A stretch of 55,970 bases of DNA, from the IMG/VR virus record IMGVR_UViG_3300025162_000062, positions 1-55,970 of that record, one strand, 5' to 3'. This document shows, piece after piece, positions 10,509 through 19,578 of the stretch. The stretch's first letter is position 1. Each line of letters starts with the position of its first letter. The translations under genes and the position numbers were made by a program. Source of the DNA: a virus. Lineage: Duplodnaviria > Caudoviricetes. The notes beneath the pieces were generated by a model. The model was not told the origin of the DNA. It saw nothing but the letters and a program-made list of their open reading frames with translations, and did not search any database.

Positions 10509-10878
10509 TCTCGTTTAAATTTTGAATTGTTTTAAGTTTTTTCTTTCTTGTTTTTTGTTCTTTTAATTTTAAATAATCATCTGATAAATTAAGAAATGAT
10601 GATGAATAATCAGCAATTATAAATTGTAACTCTAAGTGGTCTTCAAATTTACTCACCTTAAATCCACCAGTTGATGATGATATGTAATCACTATCATACA
10701 AATCATTCAACATTCTATGTGCTTCTTTTTTTAATTCATCTACAGATGGAACCTTATTTACGGCATTCCACCAATGCCAATCTAACAAAGTCATAATTCT
10801 ATTAACTTCGACAAAATTAAAATTATCTAAAATATGTTTAATATGTTTATCTTTTCCTATTGTAAAATCTGATGCCAT
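10492..10878 (-). CDS. Hypothetical protein with RKKKL tag
   Basis: 128-aa ORF in operon. Confidence 0.65.
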   Translation of the reverse strand: MASDFTIGKDKHIKHILDNFNFVEVNRIMTLLDWHWWNAVNKVPSVDELKKEAHRMLNDLYDSDYISSSTGGFKVSKFEDHLELQFIIADYSSSFLNLSDDYLKLKEQKTRKKKLKTIQNLNENEEDN

Positions 10879-11648
10879 TATTTATGATTTGGGTTAGGTG
10901 TGAAAACATCTCCTTTACTTGCATACATCATTCTAGTCTGATTATCTAATATCCAAGTAAATGTATTAAATCCATTTGCTGTAAATCTATTTTGAAATCT
11001 TGAATATACACTTTCATCATAGTTAAAAACACTATGATGATATTCTAATGCTATACATCTAATTTTGTTCAAATTATCATTAGATAAGCCTTCAAATATT
11101 TTTAATTCTGCACCTTCAGTATCAACTTTCAAGAAATCAATATGGTCAATAAAATTTTGAGTAATAATATCATCTAATGTTATAGTTTTTACAAATATAT
11201 TCTTATGCTCATAATGACCTGGATCTCTATCAAATTCAGTCTCTATAATAGAATGCCCACCATTTCCTGTATGAGTATATAATAACTCTATTGTTTCATC
11301 ACTAACATTTGAAACAGCCAAATTAAAAACTTGTGCATTGGGATTATTCTTTTTATTCAATTCATAATTATTTGGAAATGGCTCAAAAGAAAAGACTCTT
11401 GACGCTCCCATATCTAACGCAAATGATGTAAAAATTCCAATATTTCCACCACAATCAACTACAATGTCTCCTGGCTCAACTCTACAAACTCCTTTAACAT
11501 AATCTTCTCTGGTATAAACCTCATGATAAGTTACAGACTCTGGATATTTAACTTTAAATATATTGCCCCAACTCTCTCTTATCAATTCTGAACCATGATA
11601 TAAATCTACAATATCAGTAGTTCCGTGAATATAAAATTTACTCTTCAT
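10878..11648 (-). CDS. FkbM-family methyltransferase
   Basis: VDCGGNIG, FEP, IDFLKVDTEGAE, LEYH. Confidence 0.9.
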   Translation of the reverse strand: MKSKFYIHGTTDIVDLYHGSELIRESWGNIFKVKYPESVTYHEVYTREDYVKGVCRVEPGDIVVDCGGNIGIFTSFALDMGASRVFSFEPFPNNYELNKKNNPNAQVFNLAVSNVSDETIELLYTHTGNGGHSIIETEFDRDPGHYEHKNIFVKTITLDDIITQNFIDHIDFLKVDTEGAELKIFEGLSNDNLNKIRCIALEYHHSVFNYDESVYSRFQNRFTANGFNTFTWILDNQTRMMYASKGDVFTPNPNHK

Positions 11649-11655
11649 ATTTTAC

Positions 11656-11820
11656 CTATTTTTGCTTATTTTTAAAATGTTCAATTAATAAATTCTCTAT
11701 TAATACGGATTTTGTTATCTCCTTTTCCTCTATAACTTCTTCCAACAACTTATTAATCTTCTTATTTAATGAAATAGAGCACTTAACTCTCTTATCTTCT
11801 TCTGGTAGTTTTTTTCTCAT
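11656..11820 (-). CDS. Small ribbon-helix-helix-like protein (RHH-A1, 54 aa)
   Basis: Manual translation MRKKLPEEDKRVKCSISLNKKINKLLEEV...TKSVLIENLL; below ORF-track cutoff. Confidence 0.7.
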   Translation of the reverse strand: MRKKLPEEDKRVKCSISLNKKINKLLEEVIEEKEITKSVLIENLLIEHFKNKQK

Positions 11821-11909
11821 AATAATTATATGAAATAATCAAAAAAAGTTTACAAAATAGAAAAATATGACTTTATTTTATTTATATATAGTATAAAAAA
11901 AGTATTAAA

Positions 11910-12074
11910 ATGAGTACAAAAAGAGTAAAAAAAGATAATGTTTCAATTACAATTAATCCAGAAATAATGAAGATGTTAAAAGAAGAAACAAACAATAATT
12001 CTAAGTTAATAGAGTGGTTATTATTAAATTATTTCAACAAAATAGGAAAAGATACAAAAAATATAATGATATAA
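11910..12074 (+). CDS. Small ribbon-helix-helix-like protein (RHH-B1, 54 aa)
   Basis: Manual translation MSTKRVKKDNVSITINPEIMKML...NNSKLIEWLL; stop 1 nt before nuclease ATG. Confidence 0.7.
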   Translation: MSTKRVKKDNVSITINPEIMKMLKEETNNNSKLIEWLLLNYFNKIGKDTKNIMI

Positions 12075-12075
12075 G

Positions 12076-12876
12076 ATGTTAATAACAAAAAGTGTTAAAA
12101 TAGAAATTAATAAGGGTAATATTCCTTATTATAAAAAATTTTATGAATATAAGTACATTAAAATTGGAGACATTGTTGATATTGATATAAAATATTTATC
12201 AAAATCAAACTACAGTAAAATAAAATATATTTGTGATGTTTGTGGAAAAGAATTTGAAATTTCATATAATTCATATAATGATCCAAGGAGGAATAAAGAA
12301 AAAGATGTCTGTAAGAGTTCTTGTGCAAATAAAAAAAGAGAAAACACAAATATAGAACTTTATGGTGTTAAAAATTGCTTTCAAAATGAAGAAATGAAAG
12401 AAACATCGAAGGAAACTATGTTAGAAAGATATGGAGTAGATCATAATATGAAAACAGAAAAATGCAAATCTGACAGAAAAGAAACATATATAAAAAATTG
12501 GGGATTTGATAATCCAACAAAAAATCGTAGTATTTTCAAAAAAGCATTAAATTCAGGTAAAAAAATAAAATATTTCAATAATACAGATTTATATTATCAA
12601 GGAACATATGAATTTGATTTTTTAGAAAAATTTTATAATAAAATTGAAATAATAAATGGATTATCAATACCATACATGTTTAAAAACAAAGAAAAAATAT
12701 ATCATAGTGATTTTTTTATACCAAATAAAAATTTAATTGTAGAAATAAAATCAACATATTGGTATGAATGCCAATTAGATATGAATATATCAAAAATAGA
12801 ATATACAAAATTAAAATATAATTTTATATTAATATTAGATAAACAATATGATGAATTTTTGAAAATAATAAATTAA
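12076..12876 (+). CDS. Putative homing endonuclease: Zn ribbon, ERYG helical repeats, PD-(D/E)XK domain
   Basis: CDVCG, TMLERYGV repeats, YQGTYE..YHSDF..IVEIKS. Confidence 0.75.
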   Translation: MLITKSVKIEINKGNIPYYKKFYEYKYIKIGDIVDIDIKYLSKSNYSKIKYICDVCGKEFEISYNSYNDPRRNKEKDVCKSSCANKKRENTNIELYGVKNCFQNEEMKETSKETMLERYGVDHNMKTEKCKSDRKETYIKNWGFDNPTKNRSIFKKALNSGKKIKYFNNTDLYYQGTYEFDFLEKFYNKIEIINGLSIPYMFKNKEKIYHSDFFIPNKNLIVEIKSTYWYECQLDMNISKIEYTKLKYNFILILDKQYDEFLKIIN

Positions 12877-13505
12877 AAATCTGCCTGATAATAATGACAA
12901 ACTATATATTCTGGCATTTTTTCTAATTTTTTGAATTTTAATCCCATGCTTGCCATCTTAAACATAAACATAAAATCATGTCCATATCCTCCTGGTTTTG
13001 ACCATCTTATCTCTTTTAGATTTTTATGGGAAATAGAACTTGTACCAATACTTGCCCATCTAGGCTCGACTATTCTTAGATGTAATTTCTTAAATGTTGC
13101 ATCCAATGTCATATAATCATTATAAAATACCCAATCATAATTATCTATATCAAATTGATCAGCAATTATTTGAAGATGCTTAGGACCTAAAAGGTCATCA
13201 GAATCTAAATAGGTAATTATATCACCATCAACTAATTCAAGTGCAACATTTCTCATTTCACCAGAATATAAAGGTTGCTTGGCGATTTGCAATAATTTAA
13301 TATTTGGCTCACTAGAAAAAAATCTATTGTATAATTCAACTGTCACAGGACAACCATCAGACACTATAACTAGTTCTTTATTCTGATAAGTTTGTTTTTT
13401 AAAGCTGTTAACAGCTCTAACGAATTTTTGATCTGGGTTTGAACGACTTCCTGGATATGGAAGCAAGTAACTCGCCATGATCACACTAATTTTTGGGTTT
13501 AGCAT
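12873..13505 (-). CDS. Glycosyltransferase family 2
   Basis: ISVIM, QTYQNKELVIVSDG, YLDSDD. Confidence 0.88.
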   Translation of the reverse strand: MLNPKISVIMASYLLPYPGSRSNPDQKFVRAVNSFKKQTYQNKELVIVSDGCPVTVELYNRFFSSEPNIKLLQIAKQPLYSGEMRNVALELVDGDIITYLDSDDLLGPKHLQIIADQFDIDNYDWVFYNDYMTLDATFKKLHLRIVEPRWASIGTSSISHKNLKEIRWSKPGGYGHDFMFMFKMASMGLKFKKLEKMPEYIVCHYYQADF

Positions 13506-13563
13506 AAACTATTATTTATTTTTCTAAATATAGAAAAAATTACATTAATAGTTTATATTTTTT

Positions 13564-14703
13564 TTATGAACAAGCACTTCCTATTGTTGCCACACCATAA
13601 CTATCAGGAGTATTAACTAGAGTGCCCTGTTGTACACAAATTGTAGAACTACCACCATATCCAGTAGATATGTTTCCTGGACTTCCATCACAATTAATAT
13701 ATTCCCAATATGCAATTTGTCCAATTGTGCCGCTTGTTATATTATAAGAATAACATAATGCGCATATATAATAACCAGGATCAGTTATAAAAGTAGAATA
13801 GTCTCCTCCTACTGCATCACTAATTACTTTCACATGAGCAGCACTTGGATAAACATTTATAATCTCAGTAGGAGCTGGATAATCCTTTCCTTGTACTAAT
13901 GGTATATTAGATCCGTTAGAAATAGTAGTTGAACCTAAAAAAGTACAAAAGCTATCATATATTTCAATAGTATAATATAAACCAAGTGTAGTAAATGAAT
14001 GTTCTAAACCATAAGATAGTCCATTGGCATTATTAGCAAATGCGATGTAGTAATATGTTGTTAATGGAAATAATCCATTTGGAAAATTAGTTATAATAAG
14101 TGGATTTACAAAACCAATCGTGCTACCAATGTTATTATAAATTGTTGGCTCACCACCAGTATTCCAACACACACCTTGAAATGTTATAATGGATCCTCCA
14201 TCTGAAATAACATTACAACCGCTTTCTGCGGAAGTTGCTGTAATATTTGTTGCAACTATTGTGAAAACTATTGGAACATTAGTTGTGGTTGTTGTAGTTG
14301 TTGGTGGTGTTGTAGTGGTTGTAGTTGGCGCTGGTGTAGTTGTAGTTGTAGTTGGACCAGAAGTTGTTGTGGTTGTTGTAGTTGATGACGTTGTGGATGT
14401 GGTTGTGGTTGTGGTTGGTATTGGATATAGCATCCAATCAAACATTTGAGAAACAGGAACATTAGTAAACCCAGTAGGGAAACGAGAATCTCCCGCACTT
14501 ATACCTCCAACAGTCCAAAAAGGTGGAAGTTTCCAATTACTTGTATATGTTTCATTCTTAAATTTAGAAAGAATATATGTTTTTAAATCTAAAATGCTTA
14601 TTTGTTTACAATCAGACATATAAGTTTCTTTGTCGACAGGTATGACAACATTACTCATTTTTACTTCTTCTTCTAACTTCCTAATTCTTATTATATTTGA
14701 CAT
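13564..14703 (-). CDS. Thr-rich putative virion surface/fibre protein
   Basis: Poly-Thr linker, FN3-like middle (TTYYYIAFANN), Cys-containing C-terminus; paralogue of next gene. Confidence 0.65.
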   Translation of the reverse strand: MSNIIRIRKLEEEVKMSNVVIPVDKETYMSDCKQISILDLKTYILSKFKNETYTSNWKLPPFWTVGGISAGDSRFPTGFTNVPVSQMFDWMLYPIPTTTTTTSTTSSTTTTTTTSGPTTTTTTPAPTTTTTTPPTTTTTTTNVPIVFTIVATNITATSAESGCNVISDGGSIITFQGVCWNTGGEPTIYNNIGSTIGFVNPLIITNFPNGLFPLTTYYYIAFANNANGLSYGLEHSFTTLGLYYTIEIYDSFCTFLGSTTISNGSNIPLVQGKDYPAPTEIINVYPSAAHVKVISDAVGGDYSTFITDPGYYICALCYSYNITSGTIGQIAYWEYINCDGSPGNISTGYGGSSTICVQQGTLVNTPDSYGVATIGSACS

Positions 14704-14720
14704 TAGATATTAAATTTGTT

Positions 14721-15452
14721 TTAGCAATTACCAGTCCAAGCATAAATATTAATTCCACCAATAACTGGGAAATTTACTAATGTTGAATATGGTGAACCAC
14801 TAGTAACATTATGGCATCCACTTTCATAACTTATATTAAATTTCTGTAAATTATGTAACGGATTATACGTGTAATAAATATCTAAAAGTAAAGAACCATA
14901 ATTATTTACAATTAAATCTACTGAAGGATCGCCAGAATTTATAGGAGATCCAATAATACTAACTCCACCTATTTTTATATCAGTTATAATTATATCATCA
15001 TCTGGAACAGAATGTTGATTAGTAATATGAATATCTGTAGATACAGTAGTGGTTGTAGTCGTAGTTGGAGCTGGAGTTGTAGTAGTCGTAGTTGGAGCTG
15101 GAGTTGTAGTAGTCGTTGTTGGGGCTGGAGTTGTAGTTGTGGTAGTTGGGGATGGAGTTGTTGTAGTTGTGGTTGGTGGGTTACCAGAATATAACATCCA
15201 ATTAAAAATTTCTGTTATTGTCATACCAGTAATTTGTATGCCTACTGGGATTCCACCAACAATTGCTGTTGTGGTTCCAGGGTGAGAATAATTAATTGTT
15301 GATCCAGTAAAACCAGATAAAACATAACCTGTTAATCCAGTTATACTTATTTGTTTAGCGTTATCTAAATAACTTGCTTTATCTACTGGGATGACAATAT
15401 TATCTAAGTTTGTCTCTCTCTCTAAATTTTTAATTCTTATTAAATTTGCCAT
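14721..15452 (-). CDS. Thr-rich putative virion surface/fibre protein
   Basis: Shares N-terminus (IRI..LE, VIPVDK, KQISI, WMLY) with 13564..14703; PAPTTTTTT repeats. Confidence 0.65.
   Translation of the reverse strand: MANLIRIKNLERETNLDNIVIPVDKASYLDNAKQISITGLTGYVLSGFTGSTINYSHPGTTTAIVGGIPVGIQITGMTITEIFNWMLYSGNPPTTTTTTPSPTTTTTTPAPTTTTTTPAPTTTTTTPAPTTTTTTTVSTDIHITNQHSVPDDDIIITDIKIGGVSIIGSPINSGDPSVDLIVNNYGSLLLDIYYTYNPLHNLQKFNISYESGCHNVTSGSPYSTLVNFPVIGGINIYAWTGNC
15047..15180 (-). repeat. 27-nt coding tandem repeat (PAPTTTTTT)
   Basis: GTAGTTGGAGCTGGAGTTGTAGTAGTC units visible. Confidence 0.85.
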
Positions 15453-15513
15453 TAAAGACTATTGTTTTTTCTATATATTAAAATTTCATTTGTAAATTTT
15501 ATATATATAGAAT

Positions 15514-15861
15514 ATGATCACAAATTTCAAATTATTTGAGCAGAAAGAACAAGAATGGAAATTGATTTTAGACATTTCTAAAATTTGGAAAGATTCTGTA
15601 TATGAAAATGCTAATGAGTTAGTGGCATTTAATGATCAATATATAAGTTTTTTAAATGCTCAAAAGGATTTAATAACAAAAAAGACATCAGAAAATGCTT
15701 GGGTTAAATTACAAGAATTAATTACAAGATTGACTGAGAATAAAGATAAAATAGTTGAGAGTTCAACTGTTTGGGAAGATTTGTATGATTGGGCAGATTC
15801 CAATTTGGTTGAAATTAAAACTGAAAATGGAAATGAAAATAACTTAAAGACAGATTTCTAA
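15514..15861 (+). CDS. Small protein with MITxFKLFE N-terminal tag
   Basis: ORF track; tag shared with neighbours. Confidence 0.7.
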   Translation: MITNFKLFEQKEQEWKLILDISKIWKDSVYENANELVAFNDQYISFLNAQKDLITKKTSENAWVKLQELITRLTENKDKIVESSTVWEDLYDWADSNLVEIKTENGNENNLKTDF

Positions 15862-16184
15862 TGATAACAAAATTTAAATTATTTGAAAATGTAAGTACAA
15901 GACCAGAAGTTGGAGATTGGGTTATGATGGATGGTGAATTGTATAAAGATGGTGCTAAAATATTTTATAATTATATTAAAGATAAAATATTTCAGATAAA
16001 AGAAATATTTAGAGTTCAAGGAGGCACAGATAAAAGATATAAATTGAAAATTGAAAATGTTCCAGATGAAATATCTAAAATATTCAATAAAAATAAAGAA
16101 TGGGAAAGTCATTGTTTCAAATACTGGTCAAATGATAGGGAAGAATTAGAACAAATATTAACAAATAAAAAATACAATATATAA
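15861..16184 (+). CDS. Small protein with MITKFKLFE tag and NKKYNI end
   Basis: ORF track. Confidence 0.7.
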   Translation: MITKFKLFENVSTRPEVGDWVMMDGELYKDGAKIFYNYIKDKIFQIKEIFRVQGGTDKRYKLKIENVPDEISKIFNKNKEWESHCFKYWSNDREELEQILTNKKYNI

Positions 16185-16185
16185 A

Positions 16186-16533
16186 ATGATAAAAAAATTT
16201 AAAAAGTTTATTAATGAAGATTTTAACAGTGATATGAGATTTGATGAAGACTCTGAAACTACTGGTAAGGTTATTGAGAAAACTATGGTGGGTAACAACT
16301 GTATTATTTTTGTAAAATATAATGATGCATCCGAAAAAGGATATTCAATTGTGTCTTTTGAATTTGATTCATCTATGTGTCAAAATGTTAGTGCTGGTGA
16401 CATAGTTGGAATAAGATTTGATAAAGAAAATGATAAAATATATATGGGATTTGGCGGAGATGAATTAGCAGATCATTATTACATTGAACCAATAAGTTCC
16501 AATAAAATAATAAATAAAAAATACAATATATAA
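16186..16533 (+). CDS. Small protein with MIKKFKKFINE tag and NKKYNI end
   Basis: ORF track. Confidence 0.7.
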   Translation: MIKKFKKFINEDFNSDMRFDEDSETTGKVIEKTMVGNNCIIFVKYNDASEKGYSIVSFEFDSSMCQNVSAGDIVGIRFDKENDKIYMGFGGDELADHYYIEPISSNKIINKKYNI

Positions 16534-16883
16534 TGATAACAAAATTTAAATTATACGAGCAATTAGGTGGTTACAACCTTGGTGATATAGTCTTAATTCT
16601 ATATAAGGTTCCAAAAACAGATAAAAGAGAAATCGTTCCTGTTAAAATAATTCAAGAAGATGGTATTCATTACCAATTTTCTTTTGATGTTCAAAATAAT
16701 CCATTTCCACATCAAAGACCAATACCATATGATAAGGCTATGGTAGTTAATAAAACTGATGACATTAAGGAGCCCTACAAGCCGCAATGGACTCAGGAAC
16801 AACCAGTTAACACCGATTACTCGCCAGCAGCAAGGGGAAATTCTGGAGGAGTCTCAAATGATTTTGTACTTCCTAACTCTTAA
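16533..16883 (+). CDS. Small protein with MITKFKLYE tag
   Basis: ORF track. Confidence 0.7.
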   Translation: MITKFKLYEQLGGYNLGDIVLILYKVPKTDKREIVPVKIIQEDGIHYQFSFDVQNNPFPHQRPIPYDKAMVVNKTDDIKEPYKPQWTQEQPVNTDYSPAARGNSGGVSNDFVLPNS

Positions 16884-16901
16884 TGAGATAGTTATATATT
16901 A

Positions 16902-17108
16902 CTATTTAGGTACAATAATATTTTCTTTTTTTAATCTATCAATTATATCCTGATTTTTTAAGCCATCTTTCAACCATCTCTCAATAACAGATGTTCTTGT
17001 TTGATCTATATCATCAGCATATTGCTCTAATAATCTCCATAAATCATCATTAATAGTTGTTGATAATTTTTGTTTTTTCCTATTTTCATCTAATTTTCTT
17101 CTACCCAT
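16902..17108 (-). CDS. Ribbon-helix-helix-like protein (RHH-A2)
   Basis: MGRRKLDENRKKQKLSTTINDDLW...TRTSVIERWL; resembles 11656..11820. Confidence 0.72.
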   Translation of the reverse strand: MGRRKLDENRKKQKLSTTINDDLWRLLEQYADDIDQTRTSVIERWLKDGLKNQDIIDRLKKENIIVPK

Positions 17109-17205
17109 TTTATTTTATTTTATTTTCAAAAAAAGACAAAAAAAGTCTATAAAAATGACTTTTTGACTTTATTATTTTTATATATATAATAAAGAAAAGT
17201 TTAAA

Positions 17206-17379
17206 ATGAAAAAGAAAAAAAATATAACAATTAGACTGGAACCGAATTTATATCAATTAATTGATGAAAATTTTGATAACAAATCAAAATTAATTGAATG
17301 GTTCATTATTGAAGGTTTATCAAAAAATGATAAATATAAAGAAGAAATTAAAAAAATAATTTTTAATAATGCCGAATAA
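17206..17379 (+). CDS. Ribbon-helix-helix-like protein (RHH-B2, 57 aa)
   Basis: Manual translation MKKKKNITIRLEPNLYQLI...NKSKLIEWFI; overlaps nuclease start. Confidence 0.7.
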   Translation: MKKKKNITIRLEPNLYQLIDENFDNKSKLIEWFIIEGLSKNDKYKEEIKKIIFNNAE

Positions 17380-18295
17380 TAGATTGACAACTGAAGAATT
17401 TATAAAAAGATCAAAAAAGATTCATAATGATAAATTTGATTATAGTTTAGTAGAAACTGATGGCATTTATAATAAAGTGAAAATTATATGTCCAATACAT
17501 GGAATATTTGAACAAGTATTAAAATCACATTTAAAAGGATATGATTGTTATGATTGTGGTCGTTTAAAAGCAAATAAAACACACACATTAAATAACGAAA
17601 AATTTATAAAAAAAGCAAAAGAAATTCATGGTGATAGATATGATTATTCATTAGTAGAATATATCTCAGCAAAAATAAAGGTAAAGATTATATGTCCAAT
17701 ACATGGTATTTTTGAACAAACTCCAACAATTCATACACATAAAACAAATAAATCTGGATGTTTAATTTGTGGCGGCACCAAAAAAATTACAACAGACGAA
17801 TTTATAGAAAAAGCAAAAGAAATTCACGGAGACAAATATGATTATTCATTGGTTGAGTATGAAAAAAATAATAAAAAAGTTAAAATTATATGCAAAAAAC
17901 ACGGAATAATATTCCATAAATCTCCGACAAATCATATTTTTTGGAGTAGTGGATGTCCAATATGCAAATCATCAACAGGTGAAATTAAAATTTTTAATTA
18001 TCTAAGCAAACATAAAATATTGTTTAAACCTCAATATTCTTTCAAAGATTGTAGAAATGCGCTACCATTACCATTTGATTTTTATTTACCTACAATTATG
18101 ATCTGTATAGAATATGACGGAATTCAACATTTTAAGCCTATAGAATATTTTGGTGGAGAAGAATCATTAAAAAACTTGCAAATTAATGATAAAATTAAAA
18201 ATGATTATTGCAATAAGAATAATATTAAACTATTAAGAATTAAATATACTGATGATGTAATAAAAAAATTAGATTCTTATTTTAATATATACTAA
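17369..18295 (+). CDS. Putative homing endonuclease, DUF723-like repeats plus Vsr-like domain
   Basis: YDYSLVEY..CPIHG repeats; LPFDFY..IEYDGIQH; paralogue of 9103..10203. Confidence 0.8.
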   Translation: MPNNRLTTEEFIKRSKKIHNDKFDYSLVETDGIYNKVKIICPIHGIFEQVLKSHLKGYDCYDCGRLKANKTHTLNNEKFIKKAKEIHGDRYDYSLVEYISAKIKVKIICPIHGIFEQTPTIHTHKTNKSGCLICGGTKKITTDEFIEKAKEIHGDKYDYSLVEYEKNNKKVKIICKKHGIIFHKSPTNHIFWSSGCPICKSSTGEIKIFNYLSKHKILFKPQYSFKDCRNALPLPFDFYLPTIMICIEYDGIQHFKPIEYFGGEESLKNLQINDKIKNDYCNKNNIKLLRIKYTDDVIKKLDSYFNIY

Positions 18296-18317
18296 TAACT
18301 TTTTTTATATATAAGAT

Positions 18318-18773
18318 ATGAAAAAGGAGAAAAAAGATATGATCACAAGATTTAAAAAATTATTTGAGCAAAATATAGATTTAGAAGATGTAATAGTTAA
18401 TGTTGAAAATGAAAAAACAGAATTTACTGATAAAATAAAACATGATTTATCAATAATTTCATACAAAAAAGCAAATAGCCCAAAATCAATAAGAATAAAA
18501 GAGATTACAGGATATTTTAACAAAAGAGATTTCAAAAATATTAAACTATTATACAATACTTACTTAGTTGTAAGTATGACCAATGGAGATAAGATAATTG
18601 GAAAATTATCTGTTTATCAAGATGAAAATGAAAACAATATTAATATCAGAATTAATGATAAATTAATTTATGACCTTGATAATAAAGAATTTAATAATGA
18701 AATTTTTGTAGATAAATTAATAACAAAATATAAAGAATCATTATTAGAAGTATATAAAAGAGTAAGACTATAA
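18318..18773 (+). CDS. Hypothetical protein with MITRFKKLFE tag
   Basis: ORF track; alternative start at 18339. Confidence 0.65.
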   Translation: MKKEKKDMITRFKKLFEQNIDLEDVIVNVENEKTEFTDKIKHDLSIISYKKANSPKSIRIKEITGYFNKRDFKNIKLLYNTYLVVSMTNGDKIIGKLSVYQDENENNINIRINDKLIYDLDNKEFNNEIFVDKLITKYKESLLEVYKRVRL

Positions 18774-18788
18774 AAATAAAAAAGTAAA

Positions 18789-19073
18789 ATGAAAAAATTT
18801 ACAACGTTAGAGGAAGACTTATTAAAAGAAGCAGCTAGATCACAAAATGCATTTGATCAAGGTTTCAAAGATGCAAATGATAAACTATTACAAATTAGAG
18901 TTGCATTAGAAGATTACAAAGAAAAATATCAAAGTGGAAATTGGGATTATATTAATTCAATGGAATATATTAATGAGCAATTAGATGGTGTTTTACAACG
19001 TTTAGGTGTCTATCCTGATTCATTTAATGAGCCTATCCAAATGATAGAAGGTCCAGAAAGTGATATTCAATAA
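18789..19073 (+). CDS. Hypothetical protein (MKKFTTLEE tag)
   Basis: ORF track. Confidence 0.65.
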   Translation: MKKFTTLEEDLLKEAARSQNAFDQGFKDANDKLLQIRVALEDYKEKYQSGNWDYINSMEYINEQLDGVLQRLGVYPDSFNEPIQMIEGPESDIQ

Positions 19074-19471
19074 TGACTGATATTACAACTAAATTTGACG
19101 ATTTTAAATCAAAGAAAATAAAAGACTTTGATAAGGATAAAGAATTTCAACCTTTATCAGATGATATTATTGCAATATCTAAACTAGATAATGGTGATTA
19201 TGAAAAGGTTAGAGGTCCAATTGAAATTGTTAAAGTTACTGGATTAATAACTGATGAAGATGAGATAAAAAAATTAGATGAAATTGCTGGTGGGCCAGTT
19301 CTAAATACAGACTTGTCATTAAAACAGGTTAAAAGAGGTGACACTATATGGATCACTTGTCTCCTTCAAAAACCATCCAGTTCTGTGTTCAATTCACAAA
19401 GTATTGGAACTCTGAAAGTTAGAATTGTTGATATATATTATGGTTTATCTAAACTTAGTACATTAAAATAA
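19073..19471 (+). CDS. Hypothetical protein
   Basis: ORF track, coupled TAATG overlap. Confidence 0.65.
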   Translation: MTDITTKFDDFKSKKIKDFDKDKEFQPLSDDIIAISKLDNGDYEKVRGPIEIVKVTGLITDEDEIKKLDEIAGGPVLNTDLSLKQVKRGDTIWITCLLQKPSSSVFNSQSIGTLKVRIVDIYYGLSKLSTLK

Positions 19472-19485
19472 TTTTAAAAATATTT

Positions 19486-19520
19486 AAAAAAAGTCAAAAA
19501 TCACCTTTTTTGACTTTTTT
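19486..19520. terminator. Inverted repeat, terminator or operator
   Basis: AAAAAAAGTCAAAAA...TTTTTTGACTTTTTT just upstream of a TTTATATATA motif. Confidence 0.55.
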
Positions 19521-19578
19521 ATTTTTATATATAAGTTATACTTAAATGTAGAATAGTAGATAAAAAAAATAATAAATT

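Noticed and set aside
14189-15285. Plus-strand poly-Val and Ser/Cys ORFs (14189, 15012, 15049) and alternate-frame 14268
   Set aside because: Shadows of the Thr-repeat genes; open only because the repeats lack stops.
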